DNA of 64,000 nucleotides. Source: Thermofilaceae archaeon (lineage in GTDB: Archaea; Thermoproteota; Thermoprotei; Thermofilales; Thermofilaceae). Below are positions 19,512 through 28,347 of this stretch, one piece after another. Numbering within the stretch: the first letter of the stretch is position 1; every line of letters starts with the position of its first letter. The stretch covers positions 64,001-128,000 of the forward strand of contig JAWCCZ010000004.1 of NCBI GenBank assembly GCA_038861545.1, in the 5' to 3' direction. The position numbers and the translations under genes were made by a program. The notes below the pieces were generated by a model. It did not search any database and was not told the DNA's origin. It saw nothing but the letters and a program-made list of their open reading frames with translations.

Positions 19512-20983
19512 TGACCCAAAAGAGCTTCTGCACAGCTATGCGCGGTCTCTACAATCAAAGCGGGGTCAATTGAGAAGATAACGCAAGCCAAAGCTAAGAC
19601 TACTTCCGGAAGAACCATATACAGAGAAGCCTCCTTAATTTTGGGCTTTGAACCTTTATACCCTCTGAATATAAAGTAAGCGTATGCACCTGCCGCTAAC
19701 GCAAAGTTTGCTTCAAGTAGTACTAATGCAAGCATGATGCTAGGATCTTGTAATTTAAACGCCAGACCAGCTGTTATAAACATTTTCCCCCAATAGCCGG
19801 CTAGAGGGGGTATACCGGTCAAGTTTAACAATCCAATTGCTGATAGAACGCCGGTTAACCGCATTCTTCTTCCATAACCTTCTAAGCTTTCAAAAAGGCG
19901 GCTTCCCATCTCATGGATTACATTTCCTATGCATAAGAATAGTAAACTTTTTGCTATCGAATGGTTTACCATATGGATGAGTATTCCAGTAACTGCTTCA
20001 ACAGCTTGATCTGATGAACCAACTGATAACGCTCTATGGGCTGCACCAAGACCAACTAGCATGTACCCAACGTTGGCAATTGTTGAATACGCTAAAAACC
20101 GCTTAACATCTAACTGCCTTAGAGCAGCAATGTTACCTATAATACTTGAAAGCAATCCCATAGCGATCAATGCATAGCTAAAGCTTAAATTGGTTGGCAA
20201 TACCCGTAGGTATAAGCGCATCATAAGGTATAAAGGTACGTTGATAACTACGCCGGAGAGAAGGGCGCTAACTGGTGAGGGAGCTGCTGGGTGTGCGTCT
20301 GGAAGCCAGCTATGAAATGGAACAAGCGCCGCTGAAGTACCTAACCCAATATAGAAAAGTGCTGAAATAACTTGTATCACAAAGCTTCCCTCTAGTTTAG
20401 CTAGAGATAATTTAACTTCATCAAAATTTGTAGTCCCGGCTAGTCCATAGATGAAGGATATGGAGTAAAGGGTAACAAGAGCTCCAGTTGTGCATATAAA
20501 CAAGTACTTGAGGCTAGCCTCGGCCGGTTCCCAATGCCACCATCTGAAACCAACTAAAGAGTAAGCGGAGACCGAAGTTAACTCCCAGAAACAGTAGAAT
20601 GTAAAGAGGTCGTTAGATAAAATCGCTCCTGTAACTCCTGTGGCTAACAGTAATAGTAGAGTGAAATAAACTCCAAGATCCTTATCTCCTTTCATATATG
20701 ATAAGGAATGCATCGACGCAGTTAACGCTACAGCCAAGAAGAGTTGCATTAGAAATTTCGAAAGCTCATCGACTATCAACTCAGCTTTAGGAATAGGTGT
20801 AACAGTTTGCGGTATATATTTACCGGGCTTTAAACTTAGTGAAAGTATCAGAATCACTATTAAGCTGAGCGATGCTACATAGCCTGGAATCAATTTAATG
20901 CCAAATTTTCTTCCTAAAATATCCGAAAGAAGTGTAGCTATAGCTGAGCCAAAAAGAGTTAAAAGAAGGTCTTGAGGAAGTAT
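19508..20983 (-). CDS. proton-conducting antiporter-like subunit (NuoN/MrpD-like); start probably non-canonical (ATA 20983 or CTG 20989)
   Basis: FWELTS, EASLKY, PFHSWLPDAH, GIPPLAGYWGK; the frame is open upstream of the called TTG 20893 and encodes an extra TM helix. Confidence 0.85.
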   Translation of the reverse strand: MLPQDLLLTLFGSAIATLLSDILGRKFGIKLIPGYVASLSLIVILILSLSLKPGKYIPQTVTPIPKAELIVDELSKFLMQLFLAVALTASMHSLSYMKGDKDLGVYFTLLLLLATGVTGAILSNDLFTFYCFWELTSVSAYSLVGFRWWHWEPAEASLKYLFICTTGALVTLYSISFIYGLAGTTNFDEVKLSLAKLEGSFVIQVISALFYIGLGTSAALVPFHSWLPDAHPAAPSPVSALLSGVVINVPLYLMMRLYLRVLPTNLSFSYALIAMGLLSSIIGNIAALRQLDVKRFLAYSTIANVGYMLVGLGAAHRALSVGSSDQAVEAVTGILIHMVNHSIAKSLLFLCIGNVIHEMGSRLFESLEGYGRRMRLTGVLSAIGLLNLTGIPPLAGYWGKMFITAGLAFKLQDPSIMLALVLLEANFALAAGAYAYFIFRGYKGSKPKIKEASLYMVLPEVVLALACVIFSIDPALIVETAHSCAEALLGQ

Positions 20984-21291
20984 TACCAGCGTAGCCTACT
21001 CACCTTATAGGCATCAAGAGAACCATAATGTCTGTATACGATCACTAAAAAGCTAAGGGCTAGCGCTATTACCACAGCACCAATAGCCATGTTTATGGCT
21101 ACGTAAGCTTGAGCTAATGGATCGGGCCCGCTTTCCCTCATTCCCATACCCATGAAACTCAAGTTTACAGCAGTTGTTACTATCTCTATACCCATTACTA
21201 ATTTTACCAAGTTGCGTTTAGATGCTAAACAATATAGGCCAATTGCAAAGAGAACTGTCGCAGCTATCGTGTAGGCGTTAAGGATTCCCAA
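20983..21291 (-). CDS. NuoK/MrpC-like subunit
   Basis: LFAIGLY...KRNLVKLVMGIEI..AVNL, DPLAQA; TTG 21291 after a GAGGTG SD. Confidence 0.85.
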   Translation of the reverse strand: MGILNAYTIAATVLFAIGLYCLASKRNLVKLVMGIEIVTTAVNLSFMGMGMRESGPDPLAQAYVAINMAIGAVVIALALSFLVIVYRHYGSLDAYKVSRLRW

Positions 21292-21524
21292 CGCTCGACC
21301 ACCTCTTTTAACAAATGTGAAATGGCAACTATTATAGCGAGCAACATCATGGATTGTGCTAATAAATCCAACCATCTAGCTATCCACATATATGCTACTG
21401 GAAAACCGCTTCTACTAGCCCATAAGGGTTGTATTTCACGCTCAGCGTTAAGGATGATTAAAAAAATGATAGCTATGAAAAAAGCCGCTAAGGCCACTAG
21501 ATACCTACTCGGCATGTTCACCAC
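21264..21524 (-). CDS. small membrane subunit, C-terminal half of split NuoJ (MbhE-like)
   Basis: Two TM segments with W..R..D..AQ motif; position between J1 and K. Confidence 0.6.
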   Translation of the reverse strand: MVNMPSRYLVALAAFFIAIIFLIILNAEREIQPLWASRSGFPVAYMWIARWLDLLAQSMMLLAIIVAISHLLKEVVERWESLTPTR

Positions 21525-21738
21525 CTAAGTGTAAGATTGATAAGGTAAGCATAGTAACCGCTCCTGCGTAAACACTGAGCTGAAATACCGCTAAGAGCCG
21601 CGCGCCTGCTATATAATGCGCAAGTGCGACTAATGCGCTCATAGCAGCCAGGGCTATAACGGCTTTCTCCAGATCCCTTAACTCCACTGCTAGAAGAGCC
21701 GCTACCACGGCTGTAGTCAAAGTAAATTCGAGTAGCAT
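21505..21738 (-). CDS. small membrane subunit, N-terminal half of split NuoJ (MbhD/DUF4040-like)
   Basis: Three TMs; FQLSVYAGAV matches the NuoJ TM3 Q..VYAGA motif. Confidence 0.75.
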   Translation of the reverse strand: MLLEFTLTTAVVAALLAVELRDLEKAVIALAAMSALVALAHYIAGARLLAVFQLSVYAGAVTMLTLSILHLGGEHAE

Positions 21739-22068
21739 TTACTTCACCACCAAATCGCTTTTTTTGAAAGCTACTACAGCATATTCTTTGCGGGGTTTAA
21801 TTGCTTTCGTTGGACAGACTTCGATACATAAGTAGCAGTAAATACATCGTTCAATGTGAAAGATTGGTCTCACACCCTTTCCATTATCCTCCATTTCAAT
21901 TGCGGAAGCCGGGCACACTCTACGACAAAGTCCGCATCCTATACATTCATTTCTGTTAAAACCAAGCTTACCTCTAAAACTATCAGGAGGATCACTTCGC
22001 TCTTCAGGGTACATTATAGTAGCCCTTTTTTTGAATAAGTTCCATAACATATCTTTCAAGATCACCAT
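21739..22068 (-). CDS. 2x[4Fe-4S] subunit (NuoI/MbhN-like)
   Basis: TIMYP, FRG, CIGCGLCRRVCP, CIYCYLCIEVCP. Confidence 0.92.
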   Translation of the reverse strand: MVILKDMLWNLFKKRATIMYPEERSDPPDSFRGKLGFNRNECIGCGLCRRVCPASAIEMEDNGKGVRPIFHIERCIYCYLCIEVCPTKAIKPRKEYAVVAFKKSDLVVK

Positions 22069-22069
22069 T

Positions 22070-23020
22070 TCAAACCACCCATATCATAGCAATGAAATAC
22101 GCTAAAGCTAAGGGTATCAGATAACGCCAGCACAGTCCTATGAACTGATCCAGTCTAATTCTAGCGAATAGTGTGCTTAGAAGAGAGAAAAGAAAGAGCA
22201 CTGAAATCGATTTTATGAAAAAATACAAGAGATGGAGAAAAGCCTCTAATCCTGAAATAACCGGACCTGTAGGTCCTCCTAGGTAAAGGGCTGTTGCTAA
22301 TCCCGAAAGGAGGACAAGCTCCAAGTCTCTTGAGAACTTGAAAAAAGCTAATCTCCAACTAGAGAACTCGACAAGCCAGCCAGAAACTATTTCTGTTTCT
22401 GCTTCTGGTATGTCGAAAGGTAACTTTTCAAGCTCTGCCTGAGCCGCAATTAGGAATATTATAAACCCTATAAGGTGAGGACCTGCAATAAAAGGTTTCT
22501 CAGACTGCTTTGCAACTATTTTACTTAATTCAAAACTCCCTGCAGCAAACCCCACGCTGAGCGATGAAAACATGAGCGGTAACTCGAAACCCAGCAGCAT
22601 GATAGCTGCCCTAGTAGCACCCATTAACGAGTACCTACTTGAAGCCGCTGAGCCAGCAGTATAAATTGTAAGCAAGTACAAGGTTATGACCGCAAGGATT
22701 ATGATTAGATCCCCCTCTGCCGTAAGTATTCCCTCCATTTGAACAGTCGGTACAAGAGAGTTTGCTATAAAAAGTAGTAAAACTGCGGCTACCGGACATA
22801 TATTAAATAAAAAAAGTTTAGTACCCTCGGGGACTACATCCTCCTTAGAGAGGAGTTTTATGAAATCCGCAAACGGTTGAAGCGCACCGAACGGACCCGT
22901 GTACCTAGGACCAATCCTGTTTTGTAGTTTGGCAACAAACTTCCTATCAAGCCATTCAAATAGCAAAGCTAAACCTGATATAAAAATGACTCTAAGAACT
23001 ATATACCCAACCTGCCACAT
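22070..23020 (-). CDS. membrane anchor subunit (NuoH/MbhM-like)
   Basis: RK..A.LQNRIGP, QPFADFIKLLSKE, PFDIPEAETEIVSG..VEFS. Confidence 0.92.
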   Translation of the reverse strand: MWQVGYIVLRVIFISGLALLFEWLDRKFVAKLQNRIGPRYTGPFGALQPFADFIKLLSKEDVVPEGTKLFLFNICPVAAVLLLFIANSLVPTVQMEGILTAEGDLIIILAVITLYLLTIYTAGSAASSRYSLMGATRAAIMLLGFELPLMFSSLSVGFAAGSFELSKIVAKQSEKPFIAGPHLIGFIIFLIAAQAELEKLPFDIPEAETEIVSGWLVEFSSWRLAFFKFSRDLELVLLSGLATALYLGGPTGPVISGLEAFLHLLYFFIKSISVLFLFSLLSTLFARIRLDQFIGLCWRYLIPLALAYFIAMIWVV

Positions 23021-23023
23021 CGC

Positions 23024-24199
23024 TTACCCGCCCCTAGATTTTCTGAGGTCTTTAAGCTGAAGAATCCTGCTACTTCTTTCCTCTAGCACGAAAACACGAG
23101 CTGTACAGCATATGCAGGGGTCTATGCTACCGAAGATTACTGGAACATCAGCCATGTAGATCACCCTATCACTTCTTTTAAGCATACGGATTAAAGCTGC
23201 TAGATTAGCTAAGGTGGGAGTTCTCATCCTATACCTGTAAGGCTTCTCTGAGCCATCAGACCTTGCATAATGGAAAAGCTCACCTCTCGGGGCCTCTACT
23301 CTAGCTATGCTTTCCCCGGAGGAGACCTTAAAAATCAGAGGCACGCGCTCTCGAATTGAACCCGAGGGCATATGGTCAAGCGAATATATAATCATATCGA
23401 CAGACTCAAGCAATTCCTCGACTCTGACCATGGCTCTCCCCCACGCGTCACAAGTTTCGAACGTAACAACATTGAAGGGAACCTCATCATGAACTAAGTA
23501 CGGATCATCAACTCTCACATCATGTTTAACTCCAGAGGCCCTAGCAACTGGGCCTACTGCGTGAAGTTCTTCGGCTTCGCTGCGCTCCAGTATTCCCACA
23601 TCTATAGTTCTAGCCCTCACCGAGGAATCCTCCTCGAGCAGCTTCCTATACTGTTTTATTCTACCTCGAAGCCCCTCAAGAACATTTCTAATCCTTTGCT
23701 CAAGAGCTGGGTCAATATCTCTACGAACTCCTCCTACAACATTGTAGGCAGTGGTTATCCTGTTCCCGGTTAACTCTTCCATTAAATCTAACACTTTTTC
23801 CCTATCCCTGAAAATCAACATGAAGAGGGATTGAAAACCTATCAAATGTGCTAACAAGCCTAACCAAAGCATATGTGAATGAATCCTAGCAAGCTCCTCA
23901 ATTACTAGTCTTAGGTACTGAGCCCTTGTCGGTGCCTCTATTCCTAGCAATTTTTCGACATTTAAAACGTAGCAAGTAGAATGAGCTACATTGCATATTC
24001 CACATACCCTTTCAACAAGGTATAAACCTTGTAGCCAAGTCTTGTGCTCTAAGGCTTTTTCAATTCCCCTGTGAACAAAGCTTGAGTCAACCTCTGCGTC
24101 TACCACCCGCTCTCCTTCAACTTTCAGTTTAAGTAAAACGGCTTCTGGGTGTATCGGATGCTGAGGCCCTACTGGAATGTAAACACTCATGATGCACAC
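23024..24199 (-). CDS. group 4 [NiFe]-hydrogenase large subunit (NuoD/MbhL-like)
   Basis: L1 ERVCGIC and L2 DPCICCTAR Ni-binding motifs; GPQHP, HRGIEK, EAPRGE; 23-aa C-terminal extension after the Arg. Confidence 0.92.
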   Translation of the reverse strand: MCIMSVYIPVGPQHPIHPEAVLLKLKVEGERVVDAEVDSSFVHRGIEKALEHKTWLQGLYLVERVCGICNVAHSTCYVLNVEKLLGIEAPTRAQYLRLVIEELARIHSHMLWLGLLAHLIGFQSLFMLIFRDREKVLDLMEELTGNRITTAYNVVGGVRRDIDPALEQRIRNVLEGLRGRIKQYRKLLEEDSSVRARTIDVGILERSEAEELHAVGPVARASGVKHDVRVDDPYLVHDEVPFNVVTFETCDAWGRAMVRVEELLESVDMIIYSLDHMPSGSIRERVPLIFKVSSGESIARVEAPRGELFHYARSDGSEKPYRYRMRTPTLANLAALIRMLKRSDRVIYMADVPVIFGSIDPCICCTARVFVLEERSSRILQLKDLRKSRGG

Positions 24200-24202
24200 C
24201 TT

Positions 24203-24658
24203 TCATTTAGAATCGCTGGGTTCGTAATCCTTTCTAAGTGGGTAAACGTTTTCAGGCCAATTCTCTGGAAGGAATGTTCTTGATAATCTGGGGTTACCTT
24301 CGAAAATGATCCCTAACATCTCCCAAGTTTCACGCTCATAGAATTCAGCACCTTTGTAGAGGTCAATTAAGCTGGAAATGCTCGCGTCGCTCTTGGGTAT
24401 AATAGCCTTTACTGAAACCACCAATTCTCTACCAACATGTGCAATAACTTCGAAGTAATCGCCAGCATCTACCCCCGTTATGGCTATGAGGTGATCAAAG
24501 CCGGCCTCCCGTAAGACTTCAAGCGCGGCCCTATAATGATCTCTATCAACCGTAACGAATACTCTTCTCCTTTGGAGAACCTTGACCTCTAGTATGACTG
24601 TGCCCAACCTAGCTTTCAGCTCCTCAACTACTTTCTCCTCATCCATTAAACCCACCAT
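24203..24658 (-). CDS. NuoC/MbhK-like subunit
   Basis: ITGVD, YERETWEMLGIIFEGNP, YPLRKD. Confidence 0.9.
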   Translation of the reverse strand: MVGLMDEEKVVEELKARLGTVILEVKVLQRRRVFVTVDRDHYRAALEVLREAGFDHLIAITGVDAGDYFEVIAHVGRELVVSVKAIIPKSDASISSLIDLYKGAEFYERETWEMLGIIFEGNPRLSRTFLPENWPENVYPLRKDYEPSDSK

Positions 24659-25085
24659 TTTCGATTCTTGTTTTCAACGCGTTAATAGCCTCAATTACAG
24701 CTTCCGGTTTGACAGGGCAACCCGATACATAGACGTGGACTGGAAGCACTTCATCAACGCCTTTATACACGTTATAGCAATGATTATAAACTCCACCGCT
24801 TACGGCGCACGTGCCCACGGCTACTACATACTTTGGCTCAGGTATCTGCCTGTAAATCCTCAGTAATCGATCCTTAACCTGACGAGTGACAGCTCCCGTT
24901 ATCAATAATACATCAGCATGTCTAGGACTTCCCTTTAATAAAACACCAAAACGTTCGATATCGTACTTCGGTGATAAAGCCGCTATTACCTCTATGTCGC
25001 ATGCGTTGCAGGCTCCTGTGTTAATTAATAACACCCAGAGGCTTCTAGACCTACTCCAATGGACTAGTCTAGTTAGAGGCTTCAT
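24639..25085 (-). CDS. [NiFe]-hydrogenase small subunit (NuoB/MbhJ-like)
   Basis: GACNACDIE (hydrogenase-type CxxC, not the complex I CC), SPRHAD, GTCAVSGG, GCP. Confidence 0.92.
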   Translation of the reverse strand: MKPLTRLVHWSRSRSLWVLLINTGACNACDIEVIAALSPKYDIERFGVLLKGSPRHADVLLITGAVTRQVKDRLLRIYRQIPEPKYVVAVGTCAVSGGVYNHCYNVYKGVDEVLPVHVYVSGCPVKPEAVIEAINALKTRIENGGFNG

Positions 25086-25438
25086 TGACTACTCGCCATT
25101 AATATGGCAATTATTAGCACTAGACCATATGCTGTAATTAAGAAACGGGCAACAGACTGCTCGGCGGGTGGTAAGGGACCCGCTGCGAAAGCAAAGAGGA
25201 GAGCCGTTACATCGACGACAAGGAAAAGGCAAACATATTTGAAAAGAAGAAGTTTAACTGGGATCCTCTCTGGCGGAAGTTCCTCACCGCAAGCGTAAGG
25301 GGCGCGCTTCAGTTTATCTTCGCGTGGCCTGGGAGCTATAAGTCTATGTAATGCATAAGCTCCTAATAATAAAGCTCCAGTAGCTGCTAACAGCATAGCT
25401 AGCCCTACTACTCCATCCACGGGGGTAGGAAATTCCAC
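25082..25438 (-). CDS. NuoA-like subunit
   Basis: TM - K..PYACGE loop - FLVVDV TM - TM topology. Confidence 0.8.
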   Translation of the reverse strand: MEFPTPVDGVVGLAMLLAATGALLLGAYALHRLIAPRPREDKLKRAPYACGEELPPERIPVKLLLFKYVCLFLVVDVTALLFAFAAGPLPPAEQSVARFLITAYGLVLIIAILMASSQ

Positions 25439-25447
25439 CCCTTATTT

Positions 25448-25480
25448 AATTATTCTGAAGCCGCGCTCTTCTGATTAATT
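25448..25480. promoter_or_regulatory. imperfect inverted repeat upstream of the hydrogenase operon (candidate operator or terminator)
   Basis: AATTATTCTGAAG-N7-CTTCTGATTAATT; 11/13 arm match. Confidence 0.4.
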
Positions 25481-25494
25481 GTTTATGACGAAGC

Positions 25495-26028
25495 TTATCT
25501 TCTTGTTAGCTCCTCCAATTGCCTAGCTATTTCAAGCGCTTTCCGCTTGAATTCCTCTATGACCTGCTTCTCTTTTTCCAGTTCTCTCACCTTAGCCTCT
25601 AACTCCTCGATCCGTTTCTTGTATCCTGCCTCTATAGCCTTGACCCGTTCCTCGTATACCTTAACTTCCTTCTCTGGTATGAACCTGTCGATTATGGGCT
25701 CTCCAAAAACTAGCCGCCTATTTTCTTCATCATAGACCACGTCTACTGTCACTCTCACTAAATCGCTTTTTGCGCATTTCATTTCATTAACTATTATATC
25801 GTAAAGTTTACGGTTAAATTCTGCAACATCTCTAATGATAATATCCCTTGGTACATAACCTTTAAAGGTAGCTAACGCTACGCGCCGGATTTTATCGGCG
25901 AAACGCGCTGCTGGTATAATACCGGTTCTCAGTTCAGCAGTTCTTGGAGCCTTTAAAGTCACACCTGTGTAAATTGCCTTATACTCTTCCACGCGTGCCT
26001 CATCCCGAACAATTTCTTCGTCTATCAC
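25495..26028 (-). CDS. ThermoDBP-related single-stranded nucleic-acid binding protein (DUF2258-like)
   Basis: LRTGIIPAARFADKIRRV...AEFN..LY...K.D.VRV motif plus C-terminal coiled coil. Confidence 0.75.
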   Translation of the reverse strand: MIDEEIVRDEARVEEYKAIYTGVTLKAPRTAELRTGIIPAARFADKIRRVALATFKGYVPRDIIIRDVAEFNRKLYDIIVNEMKCAKSDLVRVTVDVVYDEENRRLVFGEPIIDRFIPEKEVKVYEERVKAIEAGYKKRIEELEAKVRELEKEKQVIEEFKRKALEIARQLEELTRR

Positions 26029-26078
26029 TCTGATATAAAATACAGAAAATTAATTTAAAAATCTATTTTGAGAGATTC

Positions 26079-27332
26079 TTACCAAAGACCTTCCTCCCTA
26101 GCCCCCTCATCAACCCTAGCTAAGAAAGATCTATACGCTCCAGCGTTAACGGCCTCCTCTGCAACCTTCCTTCCGGTTTGCTCATCTACTAAGGCTATTA
26201 AGGCTCCTCCTAACCCAGCTCCGCTTATTTTAGCGCCATAAGCACCGGCGTTCAACATGGCTTCTCTGATATTCTCTAGCTCCGGTAAACTAACCTCGTA
26301 TAGATCTCTAAGCAGTTCATGCTGCTTATCTATTATAGCGCCTAGGATTTCTAAAAATGTTGCATCAACCTTGGAGCCTATTTCTTCGAGCTCGCTGAGG
26401 GTGAGACTTCTCGTTTTAATCAGCTTGAGCGCCAGCAATGTTAGACGATGCATTAAAAGGGTGAACCGAATCCTCTTCGCAGCTTTCTCGTCAATTTCAT
26501 TTAAATAGGGGTTTAGCTCCTCTAATCTAAGTTCTTCCCACTTTGGCTCCCAATATTTCCTTCCTAGAAGCCTTTTTATCTTAACCGGCAAATCATCAAG
26601 CTCAAGAAGCTGGGAGAGCCCTAGCTCGATCTCGGCTTGTCTCACCGGATGTATTGAAGCTACTCTGTGTTTGATTCCAGAGTCTGCGATAGCGAAGTTT
26701 ACATTGCTAAGGGGCAACTCTTCTACCTGAACAGGGAGTTTTGTGTAAAGTAAAATTGCGCCGCCGTATGAAGACCCATATTGGTCAAGCCTACCGCATG
26801 GTATACGCATAATCTCATTTTCGGCTTTAAAGGCAAGCTCAGCTAATTGATCCTTGCCTAACTTTAAGCCGTAGTGTGTGTCGAGCAACTTTATGAACGC
26901 GACCTCTAGCGCCGCACTACTACCTAAACCAGCACCCACGGGCACGTCGCTGTCTATTACTATCTTTAAACCGGACTTTATGCTGAAACCGTTTCCTCTG
27001 AGAGCAAGCACACATGCTCTTAAGTAATCTCCGAAAACACCTTTACCTTCAAGCTTGGGATTAAGAGCAAAACTTTCTGTATGGGCACGTCCCTCCCGTT
27101 TCATATTCAAGCTGATAACTTCAAACCTGTCGGGGAGCTCTTCGATAGCTACTGCATAGGTCCTAAGGTTTACTGCAACCGGGACCACTGGTAGACCTTT
27201 GTAATCTTGATGGGTATTAAGAAAATCTGCTCTACCCGGTGCAGAGGCTGCTCGGATAGGTTTGCCAAATGTTCTTCTGATTTCATCTAATACTTCCAGC
27301 TTAGATCTTGGCGTAGCGAATTTGCCCCTCAC
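26079..27332 (-). CDS. GHMP kinase, galactokinase family
   Basis: APGR, PVGAGLGSSAA, CGRLDQ, GAKISGAGLGG. Confidence 0.88.
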   Translation of the reverse strand: MRGKFATPRSKLEVLDEIRRTFGKPIRAASAPGRADFLNTHQDYKGLPVVPVAVNLRTYAVAIEELPDRFEVISLNMKREGRAHTESFALNPKLEGKGVFGDYLRACVLALRGNGFSIKSGLKIVIDSDVPVGAGLGSSAALEVAFIKLLDTHYGLKLGKDQLAELAFKAENEIMRIPCGRLDQYGSSYGGAILLYTKLPVQVEELPLSNVNFAIADSGIKHRVASIHPVRQAEIELGLSQLLELDDLPVKIKRLLGRKYWEPKWEELRLEELNPYLNEIDEKAAKRIRFTLLMHRLTLLALKLIKTRSLTLSELEEIGSKVDATFLEILGAIIDKQHELLRDLYEVSLPELENIREAMLNAGAYGAKISGAGLGGALIALVDEQTGRKVAEEAVNAGAYRSFLARVDEGAREEGLW

Positions 27333-27381
27333 ATGTTAAGCTTACCGCTAAATCTATAAATGTGTACCTCACTGCGCCTCC

Positions 27382-28347
27382 GTGAGAATATTAGTAACTG
27401 GGGGGGCCGGCTTCATAGGTAGTCATCTGGTTGACAAACTCTTATCAGAAGACTATGAGTTAGTAGTAATAGATAACTTCAGCAGTGGTTACTTTGATAA
27501 TCTAAGTAATTCTATAGCTTCACCAAAGCTAAAGGTTATAAAAGGTGACCTGAGGGATCTGAGTGTACTAATAGAATCGTTGAGCGATGTTCAAGCTGTA
27601 TTCCACTTTGCAGCTAATCCCGAAGTTAGGGTAGGTGATCCTAATGAGCATTTTGAACATAATATTAAGGCAACTTATAATCTTCTCGAGACTATGAGAA
27701 AGAGGGACGTCACAGATATAGTTTTCGCTTCATCGAGCACTGTTTACGGGGATGCAGAAATTCTTCCCACGCCCGAGAGCTATGGTCCGCTTAAACCGAT
27801 ATCGGTTTATGGTGCTTCGAAGCTAGCTTGCGAGGCTTTAATCTCCTCTTATGTACATACGTACAGTTTCAGAGGCATTTCACTTAGATACGCTAATGTT
27901 GTTGGTCCTAGAAACAGGAAAGGAGTTACCTATGACTTTGTACGAAAACTGCTAGCAAACCCTAAGCGACTGAAAGTATTAGGCGATGGAACTCAGACGA
28001 AATCCTACATATGGATTGAAGACGCCGTCGCAGCTACTCTAACAGCCTGGAAGCATTCAGGCAAGGAGTTTGAGGTATTTAACGTTGGAGGCGTTGACGC
28101 AATAACTGTAAGGCGCGTCGCGGAGATAGTGATTGAGGAAGGTGAATTAAATAATGTAGAGGTAGAGTATACTGGAGGAGTTGAGGGAAGAGGATGGGTT
28201 GGCGATGTCAAGAAAATGCATTTAGATATAAGCAAACTAATTGGCCTCGGATGGTCTCCACGCTACAAGAGTGAGGAATCCGTGCGTTTAGCTGCTCGCC
28301 ATTACTGGAAACTTGCACGTGAAGGCTTAATTAAACCATTCACGTAA
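27382..28347 (+). CDS. galE: NAD-dependent epimerase/dehydratase (UDP-glucose 4-epimerase-like)
   Basis: TGGAGFIG, SSSTVYG, YGASK (YxxxK). Confidence 0.85.
   Translation: MRILVTGGAGFIGSHLVDKLLSEDYELVVIDNFSSGYFDNLSNSIASPKLKVIKGDLRDLSVLIESLSDVQAVFHFAANPEVRVGDPNEHFEHNIKATYNLLETMRKRDVTDIVFASSSTVYGDAEILPTPESYGPLKPISVYGASKLACEALISSYVHTYSFRGISLRYANVVGPRNRKGVTYDFVRKLLANPKRLKVLGDGTQTKSYIWIEDAVAATLTAWKHSGKEFEVFNVGGVDAITVRRVAEIVIEEGELNNVEVEYTGGVEGRGWVGDVKKMHLDISKLIGLGWSPRYKSEESVRLAARHYWKLAREGLIKPFT

Noticed and set aside
16184-25438. Annotation as NADH:quinone oxidoreductase
   Set aside because: No NuoEFG, the Ni-binding CxxC motifs are intact, and the small subunit has hydrogenase-type cysteines
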